DNA of 64,000 nt, from the NCBI GenBank assembly GCA_021613535.1, contig CP075492.1, forward strand, positions 1,860,001 to 1,924,000, in the 5' to 3' direction. A model generated the notes under the pieces. It ran no database searches, was not told the origin of the DNA, and saw only the letters and a program-made list of their open reading frames with translations. Position numbers and translations under genes: made by a program. Shown piece after piece: positions 35,252 through 49,000 of the stretch. How positions within the stretch are numbered: the first letter of the stretch is position 1; each line of letters begins with the position of its first letter. This stretch comes from Adineta vaga (Eukaryota > Animalia > Rotifera).

Positions 35252-35756
35252 ACGTAGGTAAAGTTAACACTATATTCAAGTACTTCTTGTCCAGATTCGC
35301 CTGTGAACCTGTGTTGGCTTTCAGGAAGATTGTGTTGGATGCGCAATTTAATGCTGTATCGAATGGTATCAAATTTGATGGTGGTCATCGTCCAAAAAAT
35401 AAAGTTTTTGGTAAAAAAACCGAGTTTTTCACCCAGTTTTTAAAAAAACAACATTTGTATTTCTTGTCCAGATTCGCTCTATGACTTGTTTTGGCTTTAA
35501 AAACGGTTGTGTTGGTTTCAGGATTCAATTCTATATCGAATGATATTATTTTCGATAGAGCTTCTCGCGCAAAGAAAAATCGGTTCACCCACACACCCAA
35601 CACCCTCACCCTCACCTCCGATAACCCCGCTGAAAGTAATATCATTCGATATAGAATTGAATTCTGAAACCAACACAACCGTTTTTAAAGCCAAAACAAG
35701 TCATAGAACGAATCCGGACAAGAAATACTTGAATATGGTGCTAACTTTACCTACGT
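35252..35756. mobile_element. Foldback/MITE-like element with nested inverted repeats
   Basis: Terminal ACGTAGGTAAAGTTAACAC...TTCAAGTA / TACTTGAA...GTGCTAACTTTACCTACGT. Inner inverted arms at about 35457-35553 and 35637-35728; centre contains CCCACAC/CCCTCA repeats. Confidence 0.8.
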
Positions 35757-36596
35757 ATTTTTTACGTATATGTAGTTTGGCGGTTCGAATGATGTATGAT
35801 AACAGAAGAAAGCTTCTAAAACAGAAGACTTGAAGGGTTTGGGACGAAGGAGTGTCATTAACATGTTCTACGTGCGAGAAAAATTCCTTAATTCCAGATT
35901 TTACTCTAAAATCTTGAATTATCTGGAAAAATATAAAGGGTTCGTTTTTTCATTGCTGCTTGATATTTTGAAGATTTCTCAGCTAAAACTTTATCAAAAT
36001 TCGATTTAAAGTAGATATTCGGAATCTACTCTCACGATCTGCTTTGCCTACTGACCGGGCGTTACGTAGTACCCTGACCATCAAGATAGTTGAGATGGAT
36101 GTGATGTGGATTTCTTGTAACGAGATGGTCCGACCAAATTCACTTGAATTCCTCACGTTTCGGAAGATATAGTTTGGATATAGGGTAACGAGATCGGCTG
36201 ACGAAGTCAATTTCATTATCCTACTGAGTATCAAGACGTTCAGCTCTGGATACCTAGTCTAATGCTATTATGATAGCTAGACTCCTTTTTCAATCTGTCT
36301 CTGTTTATCATATAATGTACAACTATGTGCTTCCTTTTCGTCATAAAAATTATAAGAAATAATATTAGTTTAGGTTAGATTTTATCAAACAAAGTACAAA
36401 TGTTCTTATTATCAAAAATAATCTTCGTAGTTAGCCAATCATATGAGTTTTTCTTTCTCTTAATAATTATATTTTGCAGAGAGAAAAACTGAAGGAAAAG
36501 GATATAACAAATGTTCATTTTATTCTTTTCTTTGTTGCTGACAGAAGTTCAAATCGTCGTCCGAAAGACAACTGAAGATATCATCGACAGATTAGC

Positions 36597-38023
36597 ATGA
36601 AGTCTGCTACAAATCAATCCAATATTTTCTCATTCAACACATTGTAATTCATATAGAATTCGAATTGAAAACGAACTGATTAATATTTGTTGTAGGAGAA
36701 AAAACCTGGGAAAGAAACGACTTGTATGGTTGACTATTGGTATAATTATAGTGATTGTAGCAGCTATTATTATTCCAGTAACACTTGTTCTGACGAAGAA
36801 GAGTAGCACAACATTGGCAACTGCTGAGACAACAGCGAATAGCGCATCAACTATTGCAACGGAAATAATCAAGACAACAGCTACCAGCAAAGGTAAGTAT
36901 GTCTATAGAAATTACTAAGAATGGTATTCTAAATGAAACTGTAGCCTGGGCGCAACTTAATCAAATGAATCAGATACGAATATTTCACACAGCATCATTA
37001 TTGATCGACGGAAGAGTTTTAGTAACTGGTGGTGAAGGCGGACAATCATGGCCTTTGAATAGTGCTGAGTTATTTGATCCAGACACAGGAATATGGTCTC
37101 TCGTGAATCCCATGAATTTCCATCGAGAAAGACATACAGTGTCTGTACTGAAAGATGGAACAGTTTTAGTCACGGGTGGTTTAAGCGGGAAAAATTCTCT
37201 TGTTAGTTCAGAAGTATTTCATCCAAACAATCAAACGTGGACAATAACAGATGACATGAATGAGAAAAGATGTGGGCATACAGCAACTGTATTATCGGAT
37301 GGTAGGGTATTAGTTACTGGTAGAGGTGAGAGTACAGATAGGTAATTTCGTACAAGACTAAACAATGGTACTTTGACTGATTCAGTATGTAAAATTTCAT
37401 TTTAGTGCCGAAATATATGATCCACTCAATAGAACATGGACAAAAACTGTAAACATGGCACGACCGCGACAATGGCATCAAGCTTCTATGTTACAAGATG
37501 GCAAAATCTTGGTTACAGGAATAAGCCCAAACGTCGTACATGCAAATATAGATCACTATAAGGATATGGGATGTAACGCTGAAATATATGATCCAGTCAC
37601 AGAAACATGGATGAATATAACTAATATGCATGTTTCACGATATTACCATACAGCAACAGTATTATTAGATGGAAAAGTATTGGTCGCTGGTGGAGTTTCT
37701 ACTCTTGACATGAAAGCTGCAGAACTGTATGATCCAGAAACTGGGAAATGGGCACAAACTAGTAGTTTAAAGACTGGAAGAGGAGTTCATAGAGTATTAT
37801 TATTAGCAAGTGGACATATTTTAGTTACTGGTGGTTTAAATTTGCGATTTGAGACAAAAAGGTTGAACTATATGATCCAATCAGTAAAACATGGTCCCTG
37901 ATCGATGCTATGAATTGTGGTAGATATGGCCATACACTATTGGCATTAAGGAATGGAGCAGTGTTGGCTATTGGGACTACACGATGGAATATTTCATGTG
38001 ATGCTGAACTCTTTTCACCATGA
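36597..38023 (+). CDS. Type II membrane-anchored Kelch-repeat protein (exons 36597-36643, 36696-36892, 36945-~37341, ~37406-38023); frameshift near 37860
   Basis: Introns in phases 2, 1, 2. TM LVWLTIGIIIVIVAAIIIPVTLVL, Thr/Ala stalk, then Kelch repeats. One base appears missing in an A-run before the last VELYDP. Confidence 0.8.
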
Positions 38024-38326
38024 AACTCAAACATCAGTAATTTGTTTATCAACTGCTTTCAGACACTTTATCAGTTTAATTAAACCTCGTTTCTTTTGTG
38101 CTTTGCAACCATCATTGCTTATAGTTTGAACTTTACTTTCTATTCAATAATTCGTATATATATGAAGAGGAAACGGGGTGAGGGTGAGTTTGAAAATAGG
38201 ATTAAAAAGAAACTTTAATTAGAAATCTTCTCATTTGCTCACGATACAATCTAATCAAGTCCATTTAAGGTATCCACGGCGATATACTTAGATAAATATG
38301 AAAAACTTATCCAAAAAGATCATAAA

Positions 38327-38395
38327 CTCAAAGCAGGACTCGAACGCACATCTTCCGATAACCGGTCGGCTATTTCACCAATTAAACTATTTGAT
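38327..38395 (-). other. tRNA-like sequence (pseudo-tRNA or tRNA-derived repeat head)
   Basis: Minus strand shows TCAAA...TTTGA acceptor-like pairing, A-box TAGTTTAATTGG, stem CCGA/TCGG and B-box GTTCGAGTCC. The anticodon arm is non-canonical. Confidence 0.4.
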
Positions 38396-38476
38396 TTTCT
38401 CTTCTGTTAATTAACAAATAATGTTCGTCGTTTCGATTCACAGAATCGTAGGCGGCGAGACCTAAGGCTGGCTATG

Positions 38477-38599
38477 CTTGAGGGTGTGTGTGTGGGTTTG
38501 GGTGTGAATGTGAGTATGGGTGTGGGTGTGCGTTGAGAGAGGAAGAGACAAGGACACTCATACCCACATCTACCCACACCCACACCCACCCACACCCAC
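38477..38599. repeat. Longest telomere-like hairpin element copy
   Basis: CTTGAGGG followed by several degenerate TGTGGG units, a purine-rich spacer and several CCCACA units. Confidence 0.9.
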
Positions 38600-38718
38600 G
38601 AAACCTCTAAAAAGTTTAGAATTCGTTGGAAACTGCGAAACCCTCTAAAGTTTGCATTTGATCTCGAAAACGTTTCGACAAGGTCTTCATTTTCGACTAA
38701 CACCTTTTTTATTTTCAG

Positions 38719-39003
38719 TGTGCACTCCCTTTAGTTCCAGCCTATTGCATCACCACACATAAAAGTCAAGGACAAATATTGGAGAAAGTTGTCATCGATC
38801 TCAAGTTGCCAAGCGAGACCGACGCCAATGCTGCAGTCTATGTGCCTTTGTCCAGAGTAAAACGATTAACAGATCTGGTCTTTTTACGGCACTTCGAATA
38901 CAAAGTTTTGCTGATCAAACCAGCGTCATCTCAAGTAGCTGAAATTGAAAGACATGATCAGTTGTACGACGGAACAAAGAGTCGCTTTTCTGAATGGTTC
39001 TGA
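38719..39003 (+). mobile_element. C-terminal fragment of a PIF1-like helicase (Helitron/Helentron-derived)
   Basis: LPLVPAYCITTHKSQGQILEKVVIDL...YVPLSRVK corresponds to SF1B helicase motifs V/VI. Confidence 0.8.
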
Positions 39004-42000
39004 TCGCTGTATTGTAAAAGTTTTGCATGTGTAGTTTACTTTTCTTTCACTGACTTCGCATTTTTCTCCTTGTTGTAGCGATAGCTGTGTAGATACCGGT
39101 AGACTTGGTTTTTTCTTCAAAAAAGAATGTCCATTCTCTCAATTTCTCAGCACTTACGAGAGAGACTTATTAGGCTCTGTATCATTCTGTTTCATAAAGT
39201 ATGAATAAAAGTTTTTAGCCCACGTAGTAAACACATCTACATCTTTCTAACGAGGGGAAACAGTGCATCTATCAGGTTCTTCATCAAAATAACCTAATTA
39301 CTTTGTCATCATCATGAAGAACGAGAATGAATCATTTGCATGTTTCAATCATTCTCTGACGATTGAGCGACAGTCGAGGGTCAAGCGAATCGCCTCGATG
39401 ATCGTTACTTGTACTTAGGGCATACCATGAGTAGTGGCGATGTTATCTCAATTCTATATAAATAGCTTGAGGATATTATCTTTTTATATAGACTGATAGT
39501 AAAAACGAAACTCTACATTCTTATGCTATTTGATCATTAGTTTTCTTATACTTTTCTATTCTTTTATACAAGTAACGTTCGTCGGAGGACTAGCTCAGCG
39601 CTTCCTCGTAGAAATGGCCTTTCTCAATCAAATTTCGAAAATCAATGGAAATGTACGTAGCCCTATGTGTTTCGATTATGTTTCTGGAGATATTTCTGTT
39701 CAGCATATTAAATAGGAGATGGTCGAATTCACAGGAGTTTCATGGCGAAAGTTTCTTTGCTCCCCAAAAATCTTTTGCATACTTTCAAAAAAAATGTTTT
39801 TCTAAAAGAAGTAGTTCTTTCTTCAAAAAGTACATTCTTAAAAAAATTTTAAAAAACTAACATCAGATTCGAGTTCCTCGACCCTGATAACCCCTCGACC
39901 AACCCTTGGCAGAGGGAATCCTTTTTATTTTCATGTTATTTTTCGACCTATCAGTGAGTGCGGACATACAGGCAAGCAATCAGACAATTTACGTTTGCTA
40001 GACTCTTCTCTACGAGAAAGAGAAAAAGTACCCTTTAGTAATCTTTTGAGGAGTATCCGAGGCTGCCCTTTCGTATACCCTTACAGGTCTTTCTTTTCTA
40101 CGATTGCATTATCTTCCTTGGAGTACATCTTTCGTTGTTTGACTCAGCTATCTGACATATGATCATTAAGATAATTTCCACTCAATGTATCTTTCTCCTT
40201 GTCTATTTATATTGCGTATTCTTCCTTAAATAAAGTGGAATATAGTCGTGCACGAATAACTATACTTAACTGTTCTTGAAAAGTTGTTAAGACCAGGAGG
40301 AAAAAGCGGATCTCTGGATCCGCTTTTTTCCCATGGTTGTGTGGACGAGTGAGTCAGGGCGAGTGCTTAGGCGAGGGAGTAAATGTCTTGATCACTATAT
40401 ACGATTTGAGAGAAGAAGCTGAAGGATTTCTCCCTACGGAATTTTTTCTAACTGCTATTTGACTGAATTTGCATATTATCTATACGCCAAAGCCTGACAA
40501 ATTTATAGAAAAAAGAAAACATTCTCTCCGTTTTCAAAGAGAAACGTTCAATTTCATCAAAGTTTTCAAGGACAGTTAGTCGTTATCTGGGATCTGCAGA
40601 ATCTTTTTCTCCGATATTATTTCCCTTCCAAATGAGCCCAAAATGAAAGCTCTGCATACCCACACTCACAATTTATCAAAAGCGATAGGACTTGAGTGAA
40701 ATAGGTTAATTGCATGAGATTAACGTTCCAAAGCTCTCTTCAACTCGATTTTCATCATGTTTCTTGCTCCAAAGAAAGGACCGTGCCGAAGGAAAAAGAG
40801 TATAACCCACACAAAATGAGGTAATAACACAGTCAAAGGGGTTCATGACGATGATAGCTAAAGCTACTAATTATAAATTCTGGAGGACTTCTATCAGGTC
40901 TGAAAAATTTCCACAGACCATGACAAGTATTCATTTGAATATTTTTTTCTCAGAAACGTTACATTTCCTACAAAAAAAGCTCCTGATATTCATTGTGTCT
41001 TTAGCTATAATCATATTAAAATGTAAACTGAAACAATTTGCTTCCGCATCCTGCTTAAAAATTTTTAACATTTCTATTATGCTGTGTTGCTCCAACCTAC
41101 TCATATTTGATATTGTTTTGTTCAAAATTAATTTTGATAAAGGAAGCGAATTTATTGTTTTTATTTATGCATGATTGCAATGTTGTGTTTTGTTGCAGAT
41201 GTTCGAATAAAAACGTTGCATTCACTTAATTGTGTTGGCGAATAAGACTTCAATATAAATGCGCATTCTTTTTCATTAGCACATAAGATACTTTTTTTAA
41301 CTGTGACGCGTTCGTAATCAATTAAGATTAGCATTTGACCAACAAAAAAAATTTCTTTATCTGACTTACACAAGACAGCGTCAAAAAAAGGTAATGATAT
41401 GTAGATTAGGAACGATTTTTATTGAGTTAATGAGACATACAAAAACATTAAAAACTGTCATAGCGTTGAATATGGTTGTGTTAACTTGTTGGAAATTGAT
41501 TTAGAATGATAATGATAGACTGAAGTTTTAGGATTAAGAATTTGAATAATTTTTTCCCTTTGTTCTCACATTTCCTTTTTATTTGGATATGCTTAATTAC
41601 TGAGAAATGCAAAGAAAAGTTGAGAGAAAACAGATGTTACTCGAGATAGAGAATTCCAAATTATATATGTGAAGATTAATGGTAAGTGTATTTGCTTCTA
41701 TGCAGAAGAGAGAAAAACTTTTACAGAAATATATAAAATATTCAGATAGATAGTGAGCAAACTAAGGACAAAAAAGCGGATCTTGATGAATCATAGTAGA
41801 TCCTGCTAGATCCTCATGGTTTCTAAGATTTGCCAGGATCCAAATTTTCCTCCTTGCACTGAACAATATTAATATAGAAGATGTTAGTACTTTGGAAAAA
41901 AAGAGTTTTCCGAACCACCAAGAAAGATTTTGCGTATGTTTCAAAGCTTCCAATTGTGTCAAAAGTCTGAAAAAACAGAACATCAGAAGAGACAGAATCT

Positions 42001-43091
42001 TTATTCGTTCGGCATTTTATCCACAGGCTGAGCCTTTTTTTAGTTCGGTTCAATAGAAAAGGGTTTTGTAGAAAAAGACGAAACCCTTGGAGGTTCATAT
42101 AAAAATCCAGTGAAACCATTAGAGATCAGTATGACACCATTTTTTTCTCTACAGAACTTAAAAATGGTTCTGTAGGAGATGGTTCTACCGGCAGGTAAAA
42201 TTCTGAACAATTGAGGTTTTTGTCGATTTTGATGCTCGTTGTTTTGGAACTTTTGACATAAATGGAAGCTTTTGGTCTTCTGCCGAACCTTTTTTGAGGG
42301 TTCAGGAAAGCTCCTTTATTTTTTTCTGAGCATAAGAACAAATACTTCAGAGCAGTCACCAATTTCAAAAGAAAAATTTTGGTACTATCATACATTGAAG
42401 GCTTTGTTTCTTCCAGAGTTAGTCTTTCATTTGCCATTCAGTTGTAAGAAGTACTTCGTCAACATATGTTGGTAATGTTAACGTTCCAGTAAAGGTCTTT
42501 GGATCTAATTTTTTTAGAAATATTAGCATACAAAAATTGGTGATACATAGGTTCACTATCCTGAGATATGCATGTTCCAATTTTTACGAAGTTTCGTCGT
42601 TGACAAATAGTTTTGACTATACAATACAGTATAAAACAACTGTCCAATACTTACGTTAGAAATGGCAATGATATTATTAGATGGATTTATTTCTAGTAGA
42701 AACTGATGAACAAATCTACTGAGTATATATACATATCAGATGCTCTTGCAATAGAAATAGCCATAGAAAGGTGCTTTGTTGTCTTTATCTTTCTTCCTAT
42801 ACATCTCTTTTTATTAGGAGAAATGAAGGCAAGAATTTTGACATGAAAATTGAGTTTGTAGCATTTTAAATAAATGATATTGTTCATAAACAAACTAGTC
42901 ATCCTCTGTTCATCATGATCCTATCAGGATAATGTTGAAAAAGTGATTTCAAATAAGAGATTTCTTTGTGATCATAGTGCTATGACATTTGATGATAACA
43001 GTCAAATATAATGGATAACTTTTGTATCAATTATTGAAACAATTCTCTATTTAGATCAACATAAAATTTTGATTTCTAAATACTGTCAAAG

Positions 43092-46000
43092 ATGAGAATG
43101 CTGAACAAAGAAAATATGCGACATATCTTTAGCGATTACAAATCCTACTTATTGAAATTGAATCTATATGAAACTGGTATTCAAGATGAAACTACCATAA
43201 AAAATGAACGTCGATCAACTCGTCTTTATTTGGTTCTTCTCATTATATCAATGATTATTTTTATTTTCTATGGTAGTCTTAAATCTTATACAAAAAGCAT
43301 TGTAATTCAATCTCCTTCATTAACTGAATATCATCGTATAAAAGAAGAAACATCATTACAATGTCCTTGTTCAAATTTGGCAATAAAATATAAAACATTT
43401 ACTGAAATTGAACCTCTTTATCATGAATTATGTCAAAGTGATTTCGTAAAAGATGAATGGATTAATCATTTGTTTCAGTTATACGAAGAAAGTTGGAACA
43501 ATTCAATTCAAATTGATTTTCGTCGAATAGGTACATTTCAATTTCAAACACTTCGTTCTCTCTGTGAATTAGCAAAGGATACAATCAATAAAAGTCTTCA
43601 GTCGTTCGGATACACAGATTTCATTCAACCTCAATTGATTTTACCTGTCACTTTTGAAGATCAGATTGGTTCTTTGATCAATGGATTCATCCGTGAAACG
43701 CCAAAAGCATTTGTAAGAACATTACATTTTATGCAGGACATAACAGCACAGAGTTTATTTATGACTGGCGCTTCAATTACCAGTGTTCGACCAATCATAC
43801 CATATGGAACATATAAAATGGTAATGCCTAATGGTATTAGTCCTCCTTATCAAATACCACGATATGATGGTATTGTTCCTTATCCTGGAATAAACTATAC
43901 ATTTAAGAATGGTTTTACCTGTGTCTGTTCAAGTTCAACTGCTACTACTTGTATGGGTTTGACAACATTTGACAATAATATTGTACCTGGTTTCCAAACT
44001 GGATGCTATATGTTAAGTGCATTGATGAATTCTACTCTCGAAGCGTTCTACAACCAAACATTCATCGACAATCTAAGTAGTTCATCTCGAACTTTTGAAA
44101 AACTCAATTCATCGAATCCACACTGGAGAGTTGACAAATTACTTGGTCAACTATTCGTTCAATCTTGGTCAAATAAAACGTATTATGATAAATATTATAA
44201 GAGTTGTGCACCCGAATCATGTTCCTATAAAAATATTCAGCATAATAATTTCTGGGATATTCTCTTATTGCTGATTGGGTCATTTCAAGGATTATCGATG
44301 GTATTGACAGTTGTCTCGCCAATTTTCATTTTGAAAATATGGCCAATTATTCGAAGTAAGGTTTGTCAACGAACATTCCGTGACTCACAGGTCGCTGCAG
44401 TTCAAGCTATGCCAGGTAATTGATTAGAGAAGGTGTAAATGAATATGCGGAAAATTCAAAAAGCAAAATAAAAAAAAATAATTTGAAAAAAGTCATCTCA
44501 TAGCTGTGTAGCGGTGAGAATCTGAAGGTGTGGACAAAACGAGACTTAGAGAAGATATGTAAATAGTTCAGTGCTATACCGCTATCAGATCATTTCCTTC
44601 ATGCTCTGTTTTTCTCGTTTAAAATGATTTTGTTGCAGATAAAAAAACCATGACCTCAAATAATGTTTATTAGCTGGACTAAAAAATATCTCATATCAAC
44701 TATTATTTGTCAGAGTTATACACAGCAAGGAGTTTTTATGACCTGCGAATCTCACCTCTTGTCTCATAAATCAGTCATTTTTATAATTCATCCATTCGTT
44801 GTAGAATTTTTCTTCAACCTGACTAGCTACTACTCCTATGATCGTAGAGCATTCATATTTCTGCAAGGGGAAATGGCGGATTTTCGGGGGTTTCCGACCT
44901 ATAAAAAATCCATAGGATTCCGGAAGTTCGACGAAAATCTGAAAACACAGGTGGAATCCCGAAAACCCTACAAAAATTCCAGGTTTTTGTCAGATTTTTC
45001 GGTTAGCACTCGTATTTCCAGGATTTCTGCGATTTTTCGAATTGCGCTAGTATATCTAGGTGTTCTATCTGATGTTGAAAAATCCAAAACCCACTCTTTC
45101 CTCCTCGAAAAAGTAGATTTGAAATCGAAACAAAATACCGAAAATCCCACAGAGCTTCTGTAATACTTGAAAATCCAAAAAAATTCTTGAAATCCGTCAA
45201 ATACGAAATCCTTTGTTTTCCCTTTGTACCTCTGTCTGCCCATTCGCATGTGATTCGCGAAAATTTTCTTTTGTTTTACAGTTTTATTTTTAATTTTTTT
45301 CTTCCAGTTAGACTACATTCCAATTTTTTCAACAAGAAGTATAATATTCAGTCGCAGAAGGAAAATGCTTGTTTCGAGCACCAGATTATGTCCAATAGTG
45401 CTGAGAAGGTGTCGAGGACCTGACGTTCTCACACATTTGAGACTAAAGATCAAGGGTCAAGAGTTAGAGGCCAATGCTTAAGGGATTGACCTTTAGCTTA
45501 AAATGTATGAGCATCTCGGCACCTTCGGCACCAAATAGGTGATGAAAAGGTGTTGAAAAAGTGCTGAAGCTGCGCTTCCTCCTTGATTCAGTCCATTTTT
45601 GTTTCTTTGAATGATTAGCAGATGATCGAATAAGTATATTAGTATCCACCATCGATAGATTGAAATTTTTTCGCGCTCCTACATGGAGTGATGAGAAACT
45701 CCAGTTTCTCTTTCATCGCGTGTAGGCTTTACGTCGCTCAGCAATGTTCGACTCTGGTCGGATTATAAAACATTTACGAATTCCAAACTTCAAATAAGAA
45801 AAACACCAATTATAGATGAAATAATGATTTCCTTATTTCTAATATTGATGGAATATGTGTGAATTTACTGAGAGGACTGTCAATATCTAAGAAAAATTCG
45901 CTTTGTCTAGTCAAAAACTATCGCTCTTTTCGGATCTGGTTATAGAGAATTTTTTTAGCTCGAATTGGATCACAAAAGATTGCTCCGTATGAGACACTGA

Positions 46001-49000
46001 TATGAGACTATAACATTTACAGTCGGTCTTATTTTTCAATCTAACTCTTTTCAAATGTATTATTGTCAATTTATCCAAAATTTGCTATTTAATTCCTATT
46101 CATTGAGAGTCTTTGCATTAATAATTCTATGTGATCATAGATTGTCTTTATTTTTTCAGCAACTCCAAGAAGTATGCGCTGGAAAAATTTATTTCAATTC
46201 ATCAAGCACACACTAATTAAACATAATTTGTTTCAAACGGTTCCACCTTCAACAGATGAAACCATTCTTCGACACCAACGTTATCAAACTCGATTATATT
46301 TATTTTTATTATTTACAGTTCTCATCATTCTCACCATTTATGTACCTTTCGAAACAAAGACAATCGCTGACACTAGTGAATCTATATCAATAACAACTTT
46401 TAATCAACTCACTGATCAACATTCGTTTACACTCAATTGTCCATGTAGTCAAACTTCATTAGAATATAATCAATTTATTACTGATATTAAAGTTGAATAT
46501 CATGAAATATGTTCATCTGAATTTATATCATCTCGTTGGATCGATCTTCAATTTATTCAATCTCCTGTAAGAGAATTTGTCATAAATGATATTCGTTATC
46601 AATCTCAAATGCACTTTCAATTATTATCGACACTTTGTCGAGTAGCTAAACAAACAATTAATGATAATCTTCAATCATTTAATCGAACAAAATTTATTAC
46701 TCATCAAGTTCTCACATCTACTGATTTTCAAACAGAAACTAATCTAATTATAGAACAATTTAAAACAACAATAGCAGAATCATATCAACGGACATTACAA
46801 CTCATTCAAACAAATCCTGAAATCAATCAATTTGTTGTACCGCTCAACTCAAAAATTCAAGTTGAAAGAGATATTTATGGTTATGAAGTTTTTCGCTTAA
46901 AACCTGCAGAAAATGCTAAATATGATGAATATCATTGTGTTCCCCTGGGCATACCATGTGCATGTTTCTATTTATTTCCTAATGAATGTGTTCTACAAAC
47001 GACAATAAAAAAAGATGCCTTTACGAAAATCATTCCTGGAATGATACAAACAACATTTCCTCTTCGATCGGTTTTATTATCAACATTACAATGTTTCTAC
47101 AATAAAACATGTCTGTCTTATATTATCAATGAAATTAATTCTCTCGTCTCACCTACAAATTTTTCTACACTTAATCAATCATCCTTATCAATGGCTGACA
47201 GTGTGAATGATCCAATCGAAAAATTAGCAAGTGAACTTTTTATTCGATCATGGCATAATCAAAGTTCATATGAATCTTATTTTAATCAATGTCATCCATT
47301 AACTTGTCAATATACTTATGAAAGTCCATTTAATATTATGGATATGGTTATAGCAATCATTGGTGTGTTAGGTATCCTTAATCTGGTTTTACTATCCTCA
47401 GTACCATGTATTATTAAACTATCATATTATATTTGGGATAAAATAAGTTTTTGTCAACAAAATATAATCAGACCATCTGCAGAAACAATTTTTATAAGAA
47501 CAGGTAAAAAGATCGACAATGAAGATCTTTTTTTCTTAAATAGTGAATATACTGATATAACATTAAGAAAGAACTGAGTACGGAAAAAGAGGAACATCGA
47601 TAGTAAATTTAAAGGGCGAGGATTAAACGAAAGAAACAAAGATAACATATTCGTTCGTTACTGAAATTAGAATCCAGATTATAGATTCATAGAATTAAAA
47701 TTCAATGGACACTCAATCAAATCCAACATTCAAATTTGATTAGAATACCGCAACAGTTGAATTTCGATGAATTCAATTTGATTTCAACATTTGACATTGA
47801 TTACTGAATTCAAAATTTTGAATCAACTATCAGATTGTTTCTTCTAGACTAATAGAGAACTATAAAGTTAATCAAATTAGATAATATTCCCTTTTCTGAA
47901 AGAAAGGGTTATAAGCTCATTAAAACTCTTAAATTTTGTTTGTCCAAGCCAATCAGAATTCATCAGGCTATGCTTTGGCTTATGAAGGTTATTTTGGGTC
48001 GAGACTTCGACCAGTAGAGATCCTTGACCTTGGCATTTCAATTAATAGAATTTCGACGTCAACAACCAATAGGATTGCAATATTAGGATCAAAACAAGTT
48101 TTAATCCAATTAGATTGCAGCAAAATTTTATGAATGAAAATTCTTTGTATTTTAGTCAGAAAACATTCATACTAGGTTAATTGAGGTCAAGGAACTTAAA
48201 TCTGAGGTTAGCTTTTTGAAAAAACCTTTTTGTACTATTTTTTAGGACAAAGAAACACTTTTATTGCAAAATGAGGCTTTTTTTTATAAGGGTTGGCCGA
48301 AAAGTTATCGGAACTAAGGAACGAGAATGCGAAATTAGTTTTTTTAAATTTATTTTTTATATCATTTTTCTGCGAAAAAGTTCTTTCTACAATTTGGAAA
48401 GCTACTTCAAAGTTTAGATTTGAAAGAGTTTGAGGCAGCTTGAACGATTTTTCAAGGGAACTTAGTGAATACTTATTTAACCCTAGCAGTATCAGCGGGG
48501 GTCAATTTTGACTCCCCTTCAAAAATTTGAAAATAGACTAAAAATAATTTGTTTTTTCCCAGTTTTTAGAATCAACTAGCATTCCTTACGAATAGATGAG
48601 CGTTATGTTAGGGAGCACTCTGCTACATAGATTTTTTGTATTACTTGTTCTAAATACATAACATAGCTTTAATAATTTTCCTATCAAGTCGAATACGAAA
48701 ACAGCATATGTTGTCAGAATAGTGCTGAAACTAGGACGGTACTACTTGGGTTAAGAGCGAATCGAACAGGTTAACATTTTCGTGTAAGTAAAGGGGAAAA
48801 TAAAATATCCTCCGCAAATTAGACACCGTTATGTAAATTTTGAAAGTCTTTCATTACGAAACAAAGTATTGTGAGCGACTTTTCTCATGTAAAAAAATCT
48901 TCATCTGAGTGATGACAAAAGAGGAAAAGAGATTATACAGGTCATCGGCTAACCGCGTGATTGGCCGACCAACGACTAGACGTTAATTTCAAATGCTGGT

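Noticed and set aside
35190-35833. Overlapping short ORFs with near-identical peptides on both strands (also 7791/8138 and 58495/58667)
   Set aside because: Artefacts of inverted repeats, not genes.
22411-36720. Apparent shared cytoplasmic 'FCRR/CCRR' palmitoylation-like motif before the TMs at 22.6 kb and 36.7 kb
   Set aside because: It is the translation of the intron acceptor (TTGTAG|) and is not part of the spliced proteins.
4956-38599. CRISPR array or true bacterial integron interpretation of the recurring hairpins
   Set aside because: Copies are kilobases apart and variable in length, there is no cas or tyrosine-recombinase gene, and the genes are spliced eukaryotic genes. The integron comparison is only an analogy.
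40845-42902. Cluster of short ORFs that might be a decayed gene or transposon
   Set aside because: No recognisable motif and many stops; cannot be assigned without a search.
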